Shown here in pieces: positions 48,925 to 62,383 of a stretch of 64,000 nucleotides of DNA. The position numbers and the translations under genes are program-made. The stretch spans positions 38,068,001-38,132,000 of the forward strand of contig OZ320318.1 in NCBI GenBank assembly GCA_976226885.1, given 5' to 3'. Below the pieces are notes generated by a model. That model worked only from the letters and a program-made list of their open reading frames with translations, searched no databases and was not told the DNA's origin. The stretch comes from Iphione sp. A-MEVVRFRX5 (Eukaryota). Every line of letters begins with the position of its first letter. Position 1 is the stretch's first letter.

Positions 48925-50523
48925 AAGCGTATAAGTTTGTGTTTATACATGTTTATACATGTGTTATCGGTGCCGTTCTGTGTGTCACCTGGAACGATCG
49001 GTAGGCATGCGGGTTCGAAGCTCCACCCATCTCCAGGCTAGACTGACCTCAATACATGTATTGGGTTCGATGTCAGCGTGCGGGTTTGTACCTGTGTTTA
49101 GTGTGAATCGTGATGTTGTGCCGGGGGTACAGGGCTAGGCAACCTGTCACATTTCGCAAAAAAAAAAAACCCCTGCGACACAGGGATTAAAAAATGTGAC
49201 AACTTTCTTTTGCTCCTCACTGGTTCAGTGCTGAAATGCTGTATTAATTTGCGACAGAGACGTTAAGAAATGAGATTTCCGAACTGCGGACTGAAGTTAA
49301 TGAGTCGCACACTCGCTTGAACGCCTACAGAACCAGCGTCGAGAACGCGAAGCTCCCGTTCCTGAAGCAGCCGCTCTAAGATCCTGAGAACTGTAACACA
49401 GGTGTTTTGTTGTGCCTCGTCAAACACCTCTTATTCAACATTCCTCGTGCGTGTGTAAGCCACATGCCAGGATCTCTGTGTCGGGAAGCGAATACGTAGA
49501 AATGCACACCGAGCGGGGCTCACAGCTTTCTGGGACATGAGCCCACATGGCTCAGAAGCGGCTTGGCCATGTAGGTTATGTCATTCGTGGTTCATTCACC
49601 TTTCCGGCCAGGCGATGACCGATACCGCTCCTTCTGGATATTGCTCCTGGGCATACCTGGCGTATGTTTATTTGCCATTAATCACACAAGCCTTTCGGGC
49701 AGTTTGCCTTTCATTACACAAACCTTTCAGCTCGGTTTAAGTGAAATACATGTAGTTTGTTAACTTCGTTTGCGCTGCACATGTACACTTCCATTTAGGA
49801 ATATTCAACCTAGTGCCCATGTGTCTTATTGGCACATGAATCAGCTACATTTGAAGATTATACCATTAACTGTGTATACTTGATGTATGATGCAGTCATG
49901 TGGACAGCCAAGGACTGGGAATACACGACGCTGCCCATGACAGTTTTAGCTCGACCATATGTAACTGTAATGGTACTAACCGTGACAACACCCCGATGAG
50001 TTTCTGGAGCGAGACGCCCCCCCCCCCCCAACTGCCCTTCTGCATAGAAATTCCTGGTTAAAATCGAAGGCCCATATTACCGCTTCTAATTATTGGTCTG
50101 TTACCATATGAAACCCTAGGACCTAAGGAATATATTTAAGTATAGTATAACTTTCTAGAGGGTCCCGCCACGAAGACTTGGGGCACAAACTTTTGGGGAC
50201 TAATATTATTCTTATGTTTTACATAAACCACTCACAGTCAAGATAACTTAATTTCTTGTCACATTTTCCAATATTTTTTACTAAATGCATGCAAATAATA
50301 GGAAAGTAGAATATAATAATGGCAATATTTGACTTTTCTCAAATCACATACATGTATATGTGGTTTTTGCTTGTGTAAGTTTTTTTTTCATAACGCACCA
50401 GGACCTACTTTCGAACAACATATTTTGTAGGTAACCTAATAGTGAAGAACTTAGAGTTCTGCCCGAAGAAGAATGAAAGGTATGATGCGTATAAATACAT
50501 ATATATATATATATACATTTACC

Positions 50524-50775
50524 TTATTTGTCCCCCTCCTCATAGAGGGGGGGGGACATTAGGAATGCTGCCAGCTGGTGTCCTGACCATCCGTCACACT
50601 CTTGTGGGTCTTATAAGTCTTAAACCCTTCACTCAAAAAAACTGATTTTAATATATGATATTGGTATATATGGTCCCATGGCACTGGGTAATTTTGGTAG
50701 TAATTCAAATATTTTGAAGGTGAAATCATGCCAATTTAACTCTTTTCCTAACTCACCTACAAACATACAGACCTG
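50524..50775 (+). mobile_element. Interspersed non-autonomous repeat (Helentron/HINE-like 5' end), copy 1
   Basis: Begins ttatttgtccccct...gggggacattaggaatgctg (short hairpin) and aligns by eye with 62175-62383 plus 63477-63520. The family assignment is tentative. Confidence 0.6.
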
Positions 50776-50984
50776 GTTCAGGGGTTCCTAGGTCTGACAA
50801 TGCACATACATACACACTCAGTGCTCAGCCATGCAGAACCGAGGGTTTGTAGCAGTCTGGTGCTCAGTGAGGCAGAACCGAGGGGGCTGTGCCTGGTCAG
50901 GTAGAACCGAGAGTTGTAAACCTGAAGGACTTAAACAAATCTAGCCAACTACCCCCAAAACAAGCTGCCAATCAAGGTGGTTGT

Positions 50985-51500
50985 AAGGAGAGAGAGACAC
51001 TAAACACAAACACACACACACACACTCATTTTCTCTCTCTTTCTCCCCCCCCCCTCTCTCTTTCTCCCCCCCCCCCCCTATCTTTATGGGCAGTTGATGG
51101 CGGGGGACAATAGACCTCACAGGTCCACACTCTTGTCCATATTTTAATCTATACAACATGTTATATGTGTTAAAGATTCTCTGACGAACAGTCGCAACTG
51201 ACCCCTTATACAGAGGTGAACTGTTAAGCGAAGGGATAAGGATTTATCATGCTTTGCTTAGCGGTCACCCCCAACCAACAGTGGTCAATACTTTCTATAC
51301 ATATCTGCCCTTACGCTAGACCAGTCACCTTAATCTTTGACTTATATGTAAAATGAAAGGAGTCTGGATGGAACCTACATTTCACCTGTCAACTTTTTCT
51401 TTCCAGTCTTGGTTGACTGGACACTGGCTAGAATTAAAAAACAAAGAGAGAGAGACAGACAGACAGAATGAGAGAGAGACAGAGACAGAGAGAGAGAGAC
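50985..51500. repeat. Microsatellite clusters (GA)/(CA)/(CT)/poly-C at 50985-51080 and (GA)/(GACA) at 51443-51500
   Basis: Directly visible. Confidence 0.85.
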
Positions 51501-54500
51501 TCCTTCAAAGGACTGTTTGACCATCCGCTGTAGACCTGTACTGAATTTCCATATTCTGTGTATCCTTTCTGTATCTCTGTTGCCCCAGTGAATCTGTATA
51601 GTGGAATATATTATGATATATGGAAGGTATTGGCCAGGTTATAACTGCAAACACCGAAGGAACACATACACATTGGGAAATTGAGACTTAAAGCTTCTTG
51701 ACGCACGAACTTTAAAAGCATTCCTGAAGGTAATCATGCACCGGGAATTTCCGGTCAGTTTTAGGGATGCTCTCTATGTACACTAAAGACAGGTACACTT
51801 TGGCCACATTCGATCAGCCAATTTCTTACGCAGTGGTTTCGTTTCGGCCTGTCCCCGCAGAATGTTATAAATTCCGTTATATCGGATCAATTTACAGTTA
51901 CATGCAAAACTTTGGTAATTAATGACCACACCACAAGGGACTCACACCAAGCATGTCTCAACGCGTCATGTGGCTCTTTGCCCAGGGAACAACAAAGCTG
52001 ATGCTTTATGCTCTAATCGTAGCCGTAGTCTGAGACTCAACACTACCAGCTAGTTGCATTTCACATTCCACTGGTAGATCGTACCCTCCCCAGAAAGCGC
52101 AAATTGTCCCTGCCCATTGTTTGTAATGCTGCCCATTGTTTGTAATGGCTTGTGGGTAATACCTATACTTAGAACCACCACCAGAAACCCATGTTTCGTT
52201 GTAATTAATGTAACACAGTCTACCATGAAGTGGGTCACACAGTCAGTTATATGCGAGCTTGACTGAACCCCTATGATAAGATCATGTCCTGCTCCACACA
52301 CTTACACAGTTGGACGCCCCCCCCACCAAAAAAAAGTGGATTTCTGGTTACAACCGACTCAAAACTGAGGTAGGGAGTGAGGAGGGAATTTTTTTTTAAG
52401 TTCTTTTCTCTGGTTTTTAACAAAGACAATATGAAGAAAGGATTTGCATGGGTTGGTCTCATCACTCCATGTCTTGTACATAAGGTACACAGACTAACAC
52501 TCCTCCAAAAGAGATTTGATCCTTTCTGCATTTGGGCCAGCACAATAGTAATAGAAATGATATTAGCCAATGGAAGAGCCATCATATAGGGTTCTATAAG
52601 GCTCGCATATATCCTATCTCTAAAATAGGTATAAAAATCACTTGCACTCGATGCAAATAATTGCTTTATTAAATTTAAGATTTTAAGTTTATTTTTATAG
52701 TTACCTTGAGTATCTCCCTCCTCCTCTGCCTTTTACCTAAATTGTGATTTTCCTTAGATGATTGTTTTCCTGGCTGTGATGGTGTCTATTTTGGGGGAAC
52801 TATGGATCATACCAGGGCAGTTTCCTTATAAATACTTGTACTGTGTAGTATGTACAGTATATGTAGCTTATTTTTATGTCATTGCTGCCATGTTTTTGAT
52901 TGGAAAGGCTCTCATTTTCACCACCATGCAGGGTTTTGCACAGCAGTATAGGAAAAGTGTGATGGAACCGGCCTTAGTGATAGAACTGGCCTTGTTAGCT
53001 ATATTTAATAAAAAAAAAGATATTTCCTCACTTTTCCTCATACCTGTTAAGCAGTGTTGCCATTTTTCTGTCAAATTTACATGGATTTCACAGTTTTTCA
53101 GTGAAAAACTCATGAGTTTTATTATTTTTTCAGCCAAATTGGTATGAATTTTGCTTTTTTTCTAGTCCAGTTTAGATTAAATTCACTCTTTTCTTCTATT
53201 TTTTTACCAGTTTGCATGAGTTTTCCAGTTTTTTTCCTGAATTTACATTGATTTTGTTTTTTTTCTGCTGAATTTACCTAAAACATGTGTTGTGAAAACA
53301 TAAGTCTAAAGAAAAATATTACAATCTTCAAAACACTTTTTTTCAGGTAAGGTGAGGTTTTACTAGGTAGGGGTGGGTAATCAGGAACACGCCGATTCTT
53401 TTTTTTTGGGGGGGGGAGGTCTTAGGTTGTTATCAGATCACCTAGCTGGTTAGAGGGATTTTATGGTCACTTCTTAATAGAACTAAATAATTCACTGTAT
53501 ATGTAGAAAACAAACTTAGAACTGTAGCAGAATCAGTAGACTAAGCAAATGTCGTACCTCATGAGGTGGACAGATCTGTATTTTGGGACATGCACATTCT
53601 ACGTCCTAGCTCTCCTGAATCTGATCTAAGATTTCCAGCATGAAAATATCACATCGGTGGTTACATTGCTGTACGAGTAGTTTAGCTTTGAAATTGAAAG
53701 GGTCAGGATTGTGAAAACTCGTAATGTATTTTATCTTTAGTCTGTGTTAAACACCGAAGGCCTTAGGGTGAGGAATCTGGTGGATTTTAACTGAATGTAC
53801 CATTCATATACATGTATAAGCTTACCATCTCATTTTCATGCCTGATCACCAAGCCTGTGATAGATGCTAATAGAGATCTCTCCTGAGGTAGCTCTCCGTG
53901 TTTACCGGTTTATCTACCATTAAACAGTTTGAACACTTATATTATTCACCTCAGCATAGCAGTCATTTTCTTGAAACACCTGGTAGGGAGGTATCCCTTG
54001 GGCAAACGGTTTACACATGCTTGTTCGTCGTCTGTTGTTAGGGGCATCGTTTGGGCTCCTAGTCTGCTGAACACCATGATAAAGTTTGGGGAGGTTCCAA
54101 GTATTAAAGGTGTCCATACAATTGCCACGCACAATACACCGTCATTATGGTTACTTTTAGCAGGCTGGCTGGTCATCCTGAACGAAACCCTAAATATACA
54201 TCAGTCTATTTTCGACAGATTGAATGCGTAGTTGCATGTCTTGAAAAGTTTCCTCCTTATGAAGTTTATCTAACTTGGTACTATGTTTGAGTGTATATTG
54301 ATATGTATTTTATTTTGAGGTGATTTCCTTTATATGTTAAAGTGTGGGCGGGTCTACCTTAAAAATGCCGGGTCGTCTACTTCTCGCGTTATCCGCCACG
54401 CTTGAGGTGAGGCGGCCGTGACGTCACATCCTCAGCAAAGTACCAGCATTATCACGGCCGTCGCTCTGAATCGCTTTCTGGGCGTGAACGCCATCCCACT

Positions 54501-54898
54501 TCATGGTTTCCAACGGTTTGGCAGTATTTTCTACATGCTTGCAATCGGCGTTATCATACTTGCACACTGTGCACGCTGGAACTTACGGCTGTAACAGCAG
54601 TGACACATATACACCATGGGGCATACCGCCGGGCGTAGCTTCAGTATACAGCTTACTAGAGCCAACGGCAGCCTGGATCCAGCAGGTCGTTTTTAAGGTA
54701 TACACTGCCTGGCCGACGGGCGCTATATATGTTGTAAGTGACCCGAACCGTGACTAGAAAACGAACGCAGAGTTGAGATGGCTCGTGTGACGATACTAAC
54801 CAACAGGGGTGTTTGATTCAGCTGTGTTGTACTCGTAGCCCACATAGTTGACTTTAGTTTCTTTGCGAATTTCAAGACCCGTGTCTGTATAAACACTA

Positions 54899-54938
54899 GA
54901 ATACATACATACATACATACATACATACATACATACAT
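54899..54938. repeat. (TACA)n microsatellite
   Basis: About 9-10 perfect units. Confidence 0.95.
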
Positions 54939-54993
54939 AGGAATGCCTCCGATACAATGCACATGGTTTCCTTAATATGCTAAAGAATCTATG

Positions 54994-55166
54994 CAGAGTG
55001 GAAAGTCACCTAGGGGATACATCTCCAGTAGGGCCATACCTCAAATAGGGACACGTTTGGAAAGAACAGATTCTGTTTTTAAAAAAAGTCTCTTTATAGG
55101 GATGCATCTTAATTAGGGATAGTTTGGGAAAGAACCAACGGTTTCCTGATTAGAGACTTTGTATTG
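54994..55166. mobile_element. Tc1/pogo-type MITE, second copy of the 48028-48185 family
   Basis: Shares aagtctct-atagggac-catct-aa-taggga-a-tttg and ends tcctgattagagacttt-t-ttgTA. Confidence 0.6.
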
Positions 55167-58100
55167 TAATTAGGCGCGGTATACCTGAATTTGTATATAT
55201 GCATGTGCATAAAAATGCAGTCCCTCTACAGTCTATTCTTGTGCGCCGAATCGAGACAAAGCGTCTATTTTTTGCGCCCATATAATTCTACATGCAATTT
55301 TTTACGTACATGTACGGCAGAGCTAACGTAGGTTTCATTTCAGGACGTATGTGAAGAAAATAAGTGTATGTATGCGTGTGCGTGTATTTTCAGAGTTGGT
55401 TAAATTGAAAATCGACATGTTATTGTAGCAGCAAAAATATCTTAGAGCCTAGTATGCCTCTTGAAACAAACCACACATAACAGACTGTTTAGGATATTTC
55501 TAGAGAAAAGGTGAGAAAAAAATTGACAGTAATTCATCTTACTTTGTTCCGTATATTCTGTCTACACGAATCTTGTGAAACAACGGTTCAAGTGGAAGTG
55601 TTATTTCTGACTCTCTTGAGCAGTTCCTTTTGAGTAAGATGCTCATTTTATCATTACATAACCCCCCCCCTTCTGAAAACAACAGTTCACTACAGAGATT
55701 GTACATGTACTAACATACACACGCATTTAGTACACGCATTTCACTGTTTAAAAAAATATGCCTCACGCCGACAGGGAACAGTATAACGAACTAGATGGTA
55801 TACAGTGGAATCCTATCATTCTGACACCTGCTAATCCAGGACATCTCACATTCTGGACAGGCCAGTGACGGAACCAAGTGTGTTTATGTATATCGATGTT
55901 TAAATACTACTGCTATTCTGGACAACCCAGTTTATGGACAGTTTTTGGTAAGCCCCTTTGCTGTCTGTATTCGAGAGATTCCCTTGTATTTTATGAGCGT
56001 AATTTTCGTATTTTTTTGCCTTTTTCCTCCTCCCCTACCTCAAATGATCCTCCCATGTTTCCTGAACTCTTTAAAAAAAATGCTAACTAGAGAACAACCC
56101 TTTCAGGCATTATGGCGCCGCAGTGCATTAATAGATTATCGGGAAGGGCGCTACCTGCATGCCGGCCACCAGCATCCACTAATCGAATGTGTTTGTCCAC
56201 CAAATATCCTCTGTCAGTGACAAGTGCACGCCACTCTGTACCAAGGGCCCTGCCTTGGCGGCGGAATCATATTTGGCTAACCTTTCAGGCCCCGCAGTCT
56301 CAATACTTGCGCGAGGACGGGCCGCCATTGGAAAAGAGCTCATTTCCCCTGTTGCCTGCCAGCCGTCAGTCGCTGGTCGTCCAGAACATGCTCGTTTGCG
56401 GACAGTGATACGACTTCCATATCGAGAGGCTTGTTCAGCCCCGTAACGTGGACGTCGGTGAGCAGGCAGGTGCCCATCACGGTATGGGAACGACTGACAT
56501 CTCCAGCTTGGAGGCTGGGACAGTTCCTCCGGCCAGTGGAGCCATGCAACACTCGCAGGATACATAAAAGGGACTGGAGAGGTGGACTGGAAAGAGAGAC
56601 TGAGGGATGGGGTGGATGGATGAACAGATGGATGGATAGACGCGTTCACTGTTGGGGAACAGAGCTGCTGAGCGTGCGCTTGGGTCGTTATGGATACTTC
56701 TTTTATGGCAATCAAAATCATAACAAACCGAAATTTTGTAACACACAGCAGGCAGTCGGGACGGAACAGTCATTATGTAATCATTCTGCGATCCCAGCTA
56801 AAACGTTGAATAAGACCTAGGTGAATTGCCGGCTTTCTCATGGCTAGTCTGTTTTGTATGTCTCTCCCTGAAATTGAATTTCTGAGCAGTGATCATTTCG
56901 ATTACGGGGAGCGGCGCTCCTTTTCCCGACTGAATCAGCTCCTATTTCTAACCTGAAGGCTTCATCCGCAAGTCAACCGCAGTATTTATAAGAGCGCCAG
57001 TGTAAATACCGATCTGAAAAATGTGGCACGATGCAAAGACCTCCTCCATAGTTGCGGCAGCGCTCCGCTCATGCGGTGAGAAGGAGAATGAGTTCCCGCT
57101 TCTATAAGATGATGCCGACGAATGACTATTCATCTCATTACCAGCCTCCTCAAACACTCCAACCTTCGTTCTAAGAGGAAGCACCGCGATTCTGTGTGGC
57201 GCATCCTGCTGAGCTATTGGGGTTGGGTAGTTTGTTCACTGATAGCGTCATATTCGATGAGTCAAAGGCAGAACTACCATGCACCTCTGTATCTGTGTAG
57301 CATGTTTGAAGTCTTGTGTAGTACCATGAGAAGTTGCTTATCCCTCAATACCCTCCATGTGGCGTGTTTGTCATTTACACATCTGTCCCTAAGTAAAGTC
57401 TCCAAACAACATGCCACAAACACATATACTTATGTACATGTTCATGAAAAATGGAACACTGCCCAATCAAAAACAAACCACAGAGATATGGAACATGCTC
57501 CACATGTACATGGGTACACCCATCCTGTTATCCTGTATTCCCCCAAACCATGACGAAAAGACATGTCAGTGCAAGAATGTACTTTACTGATTTATCGTTG
57601 TCAGAAGCAAGCTTTTGTAACGGAGACATGGAAAGTAGGTCTTGCCCTCTCAACCAGAAACATATTTTGAAGATCGTATCTCATCGTATTATACGCTGTA
57701 ATATACATGTACATGTATCCAGCCTACTTTTGTTTTCTTTTTTCAAAGTTTGAAACGAATTGTATCCAAGTTTGATGCCAACTCACTCACTTACTGACTC
57801 ATTCACTTTCTCTCGCAGACCGGTGAGGTGATATAGGTCAGGCATATAGCGCCCTGACACTTGCACGCCTACCAGTAAAATGGGGGTATGCCAACACTAT
57901 GTACTACCGACTGGAGAGGCGGACAGTAGACAGAAGCGAGTACATGTGCAGTGTACATGTTGAAGTTCAGCATTGTACGATCTAGGTCACAGATACTCGG
58001 TAGGGATGAGTTGGGAGTCAAGAGATAGGCATACCACACTACAATATGTGATTTGACGTTCTTTGCTTCACAGAGAAGCGTAGGGGATACCGTACCGTGT

Positions 58101-59330
58101 GGCGTGTTGCACTGCATCCTCCCCTACCATGACAACCATCGCCTCCCCTCCCCTCCCCGCCCCCCGCCCGCCCCCTACCACTTGGCCCACCTCCTGCCGG
58201 TCCCAACCGCTGTGCTGCTAAAACCGGGAGCATAGAGCGCTCTTTGCCGGGATGCTAGTAGGCGCCCGCCTGGATCGGCTGCCGTTCCTCCATCCCGCCC
58301 TCCCTCCTGGTGCCTCTCCACCTACCACTCAGTTCAGTTGTGATGTGCGAATTCTTGGATGAAGTCGAAGGCAGCCCTTGCACACCTGGTACCAAGGCGA
58401 CACGGATAGAGTTAGACAGAGTGCCGGAGGAGAACTGTGTGGTACATGGTATATTTTGTTGGACCACTTCTGTCCCAACCATGGCTGGCCATGCCTTAAC
58501 TAGATTACCGGCATGATTGGGTGAGTACTGAGTCTACGTCTGATGAGTAGGCGAGCAGGACGTCTGCGGGTGTGGTTTATTTAGGCCATGTGAGTGATAT
58601 TTAGTCCCACCACTGCCCAGCTTCCACCGACTTCTCCATCATGCAACTCTCAGCGACTGTTGCTACTATCTGAACTGACCCTGATAGCGATTTCTCCTTC
58701 GGTTCTGATACAAAATGCTTTTTCACCTCAGTAATAAAATGTACTGGTAGGTCTTTTATACTCTGATAATCCCCGTTGAAGACTAGTGATACAGACAATG
58801 TTCTACAGCACAGCTTTCCACAACGATATATGCTCAGTTTAATATATTAGTCATAGCTGCATGTGATTTACATTTGACCTATTTATTATTGTTTCTCACA
58901 GTCACTGGCGGAACACTAAGTATACGTTGACATCAGTCGAGTAGAAACATATAGGACATGGGAGTTCGTGCAGCACAGCCGGTTTTATCATTACTTTATT
59001 TCCGTGAGCTGATGATAAAGAGAGCATCTGCAGTATTAACCGGTTTAGTTTTTCTTGTGTAGAAAGTAAATGTATGTTCAGGGGCTTCAGGAGAGTTCCG
59101 TCCGGTGAACGGTATGGTGTGAAACAGATTTAGCAAGGTAAAGCTGCATCATTCATGGAATGTCGTGATGTCAATCATAATGGCAATTAGTATTGCAAAT
59201 GAACGGACCCATTGTTCATGCTACATGTAAGAAGGTTTCCAAGAGCAAAACGTTGTCCAATTAGGTGTATATGATTTACGGCCGAAGAGTTGTTTCGATA
59301 GTGTAATTATTTTTCTTAATTCCTTTCCAG

Positions 59331-59452
59331 AAGATGTATTTTCTGAGGATGGATGAGGTGACTCTGTCATACATCGTATTTGTTCTGGCAGTCGTTCCCT
59401 GCGTCTGCTATGCCCTCGTCGTCACCTTCTTCTTCATGTCCATCTTCTATGG
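59331..59452 (+). CDS. Host coding exon for a hydrophobic N-terminal segment (MYFLRMDEVTLSYIVFVLAVVPCVCYALVVTFFFMSIFYG); gene unidentified
   Basis: Strong acceptor ttttcttaattcctttccag|, ATG at 59334 with A at -3, and donor GG|GTGAGT at 59453. Codons are strongly C-ending (GTC, TGC, GCC, CTC, ACC, TTC, TCC, ATC), and the exon holds an uncharged hydrophobic run of about 30 residues. Confidence 0.72.
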
Positions 59453-61099
59453 GTGAGTCATGTCGGCCACTATATGTCCGCTTTCACTACACACTCTTCA
59501 GATTTAACTGTAACGACAGGCGATCGAACAGGTTTACATGTACCGTCATAGGTTCCATCATTGTATTAAGATAAACAAACGAGAACTGTACACGACCTAG
59601 TTTTTTTTTGCAGGGGAATAGTGAAAGCGAGTAGCCCAATATAGAAGATTACGCGTGTCCACGTCAAGAGATATATTTCACACTGATTTCGGGCTGGGCT
59701 GGGCCTGTGTGTTTTTTTTTTCACAGACTGTAACCAACAGGAGGGAAGAAATGTATGTTTTATAAGTGGCTCACCGTGCATACATAGCAATGTGAACAGT
59801 TCATATATAAAGATGTAACGAATGATCTGGAAAGAATTTGCATTGTCCGACTTGTGCTTCAAGTAAAATGCTTCGGCAGTGGACGAAACCTATTTACTTT
59901 AATCAATTGAGATACGTGTATACAGAGGTGTTTTTTCCTATGTCGAAAAGCAGTTAATGCATTATGAAAGCACAGAAACGTTCCATAAAGATTTTTTAAC
60001 GAATTGTGTTGCGGGAAGTGTTGCCCTGCAGTAAACTTGCACTAGCGTAGAATATACAGATTGCATGAAGGCAGCGTCCATGTCCATGACACCATCTATT
60101 AAGGAGAGTGGCCTGGTGGCACAAAAACTGCTGACAAAGCCTGAAAAATAGGCCTCCGTACTTACGATGCCGAGTGTTCTGAAGGCGAGGGTATTGGGTG
60201 GAAGGGTGGGTTAGTGGGTGGGTGGGGGTGGAGGAGCAGGACCAGCGATTATTGGATGCTGCCACTACTAGAGGGATTGATTTACTGGTAAACGCTAGAG
60301 GAGTCACCCAGGGTACCGCGGTGTCCCTCCTACGGACAGGAACCTGCCGGAGGAAGCTGAAAGCTTTCGAGTGTGGAAGGATGATGGGGTGGGATAACGA
60401 GGAGTGGGGAGTTTAGTGGAATTCGGAGTGAACAGCGTAGGAGGAGTAGAGGGGTATGCAAGCAAACCCACACCGCCCACGACCATGTCATATATAATGT
60501 CACACCCGAGGGGTATGTGTGCATGTTTGTGGTGGGCGGGGGCGGGGGGTATTCCCAATGTCTTTTGCTCTTCTTCGACCACGCTGTTTCGGGTGATTGA
60601 AACGGCGGCTAGTGGTCCATAATGAGAGGAGTAGGCGACAAACTGATGGCATGAACTGAGTGCAAACTGGTCGCAGGCCTAACAGCGGGATGAAAGGTGG
60701 AAGTGTGGGATGTGGGGGGTGGGTGGGCGATGACTTGTCTCTCGCCCTTTCCAGCGCCTGCCTGACAAAACCGACTTCCTCCGGTGTCTCGGCGCGGCGC
60801 TGGTGACTGCCGTGGCATCAATCACCAATATTAGTGACGGAGTGGAACAATTCGAAAAGTCGCCCAGCCCGGTTCTTCCCGGGGAAGATGAGAGTGAGGC
60901 GATTGCTCGGCCGCTTGATGCTAGTTTCCATAAAACCTGGTCATTGTTTATCTCAGATGTTTATCAGTGAAGTCCAGAGTCACCAGTCATATAAAAAGCA
61001 ATAGGTATTGTAATGTAGTGGAACTATATTTACAGTTAGTTAAAATTGTCGGCCAACTTCATCTGTGTAGTTACTCAGGAAGCTACGATAAAGAGGAGT

Positions 61100-62090
61100 G
61101 TCTGGTCCAGCATTTGCCAACAGGCAGCAATGCACCAAAGTATACAAGGACAAATTATAATACACTACAATTGTATTAGGAGTTCTGCAGGGATCTGTGC
61201 TGGGACCTTTACTATTCACGTTGTATATTAACTGGATGCACAAGGTTGTAGCCCCCAATCAATATGTTATGTATGCAAATGACACCGTAATTCTTTGCAA
61301 AAACACTGATCCATACTAATGTATGGTGAAACAGCACAACAAGGTGGCACTCTATTAGTAAATTTAATTTATGATCCGTGGTAGCACCCAACAACTATCA
61401 TTCGGCCAACAGTAAGTAACAATCGCTCAGGGAGAAACACAAATATCCCAGGTCAATACAAATTAATACCTAGGACTACATTTGGATGATAATCTTAACC
61501 ATGAAGGAACATGTGACCCAACTACTGTATAAAAGAAAATATCAGCTTTGCTACACATCCTCAACATAATAAACAAATATGTGAATGTCCGAACGAGGCT
61601 AATCCTAATTAAACTGCTCATACTACTCCCATATAGACTACCTGGATATTATATAGTCCAACTCTCCTAAACACTCAACTGATCGCCAAACTCCAGAACA
61701 GAGGCCTCAAAAGAGCCCTTGGAATGGACCACCTGACACCAACAAGTGAAATACATTATGAAACCAGTATGTTAGCTGTTCAACAAAGAATAGAGCCGCA
61801 TTTATTAATTCAAGCCTACAAAGCGTTCTTTGGAATACATCCACAATATATTCAGCAACATTTTACTTGAAAAACAGGTGAGTACACACTAAGAAACAGT
61901 AACATCTTTATACTACTAACACCAACAAATGCACACAATAGACACATCAGTAGAATGACTTACAATAGAATTATACATGCCTGGAACTGAGAAAAAATAC
62001 AAGCCACACATTGTGACGCCCTATATCCAATCAAACGTTTCAAACACCACATAATCAAAACCTGGAAAGACAGTAGAGATGCCACACACA
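61100..62090 (+). pseudogene. 5'-truncated, decayed CR1/L2-group non-LTR retrotransposon RT fragment
   Basis: GVLQGSVLGPLLFTLYIN (61179), YANDT (YADD equivalent), YLGLHLDDNL, LPHIDY, LQNRGLKRALG and YTLRNS...WN, with stops and frameshifts. Confidence 0.88.
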
Positions 62091-62174
62091 ATAATGAATA
62101 AACCCGTGCACATGCCGCACTGTGACACCTACGTTGAATTTAAACTCACTATAAACCCTCAAAAAATATGCCCC

Positions 62175-62383
62175 GTGTTTGCCCCCTGCCTCATAGAAAA
62201 GAGGGGACCTTAGGAATGCTGCTGGCTGACTTGTCTAACCTTCCGTCATACTCTTATGGGTCTGATAAGTCTAAAACATTTCAGTCAGATGAATTGATTT
62301 TGATGTATGATACTTATGTATATGGACCCATGACACTGGCTAATACAGGGTAGTAATTCAGTAATTCTAAAATTGAAATTATG
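62175..62383 (+). mobile_element. Interspersed repeat copy 2 (paralog of 50524-50775), split by the 62384-63471 insertion and resuming at 63477
   Basis: ccccct-cctcataga...gggacc-taggaatgctg...gtagtaattca...tgaaattatg, then ccaatttgactcttttgctaac after the insertion. Confidence 0.75.

Noticed and set aside
48995-49030. tRNA B-box-like GGTTCGAAG
   Set aside because: No A box or stems.
57800-57840. Strong acceptor (ttcactttctctcgcag) as an internal UTR exon
   Set aside because: The nearest donors would give 4- or 18-nt exons, which cannot be supported without transcript data.
58776-58820. miR-7-like sequence GAAGACTAGTGAT
   Set aside because: Only 13 nt match, the seed differs (TGAAGAC vs GGAAGAC), the 3' half diverges, and the hairpin is too short and weak for a pre-miRNA.
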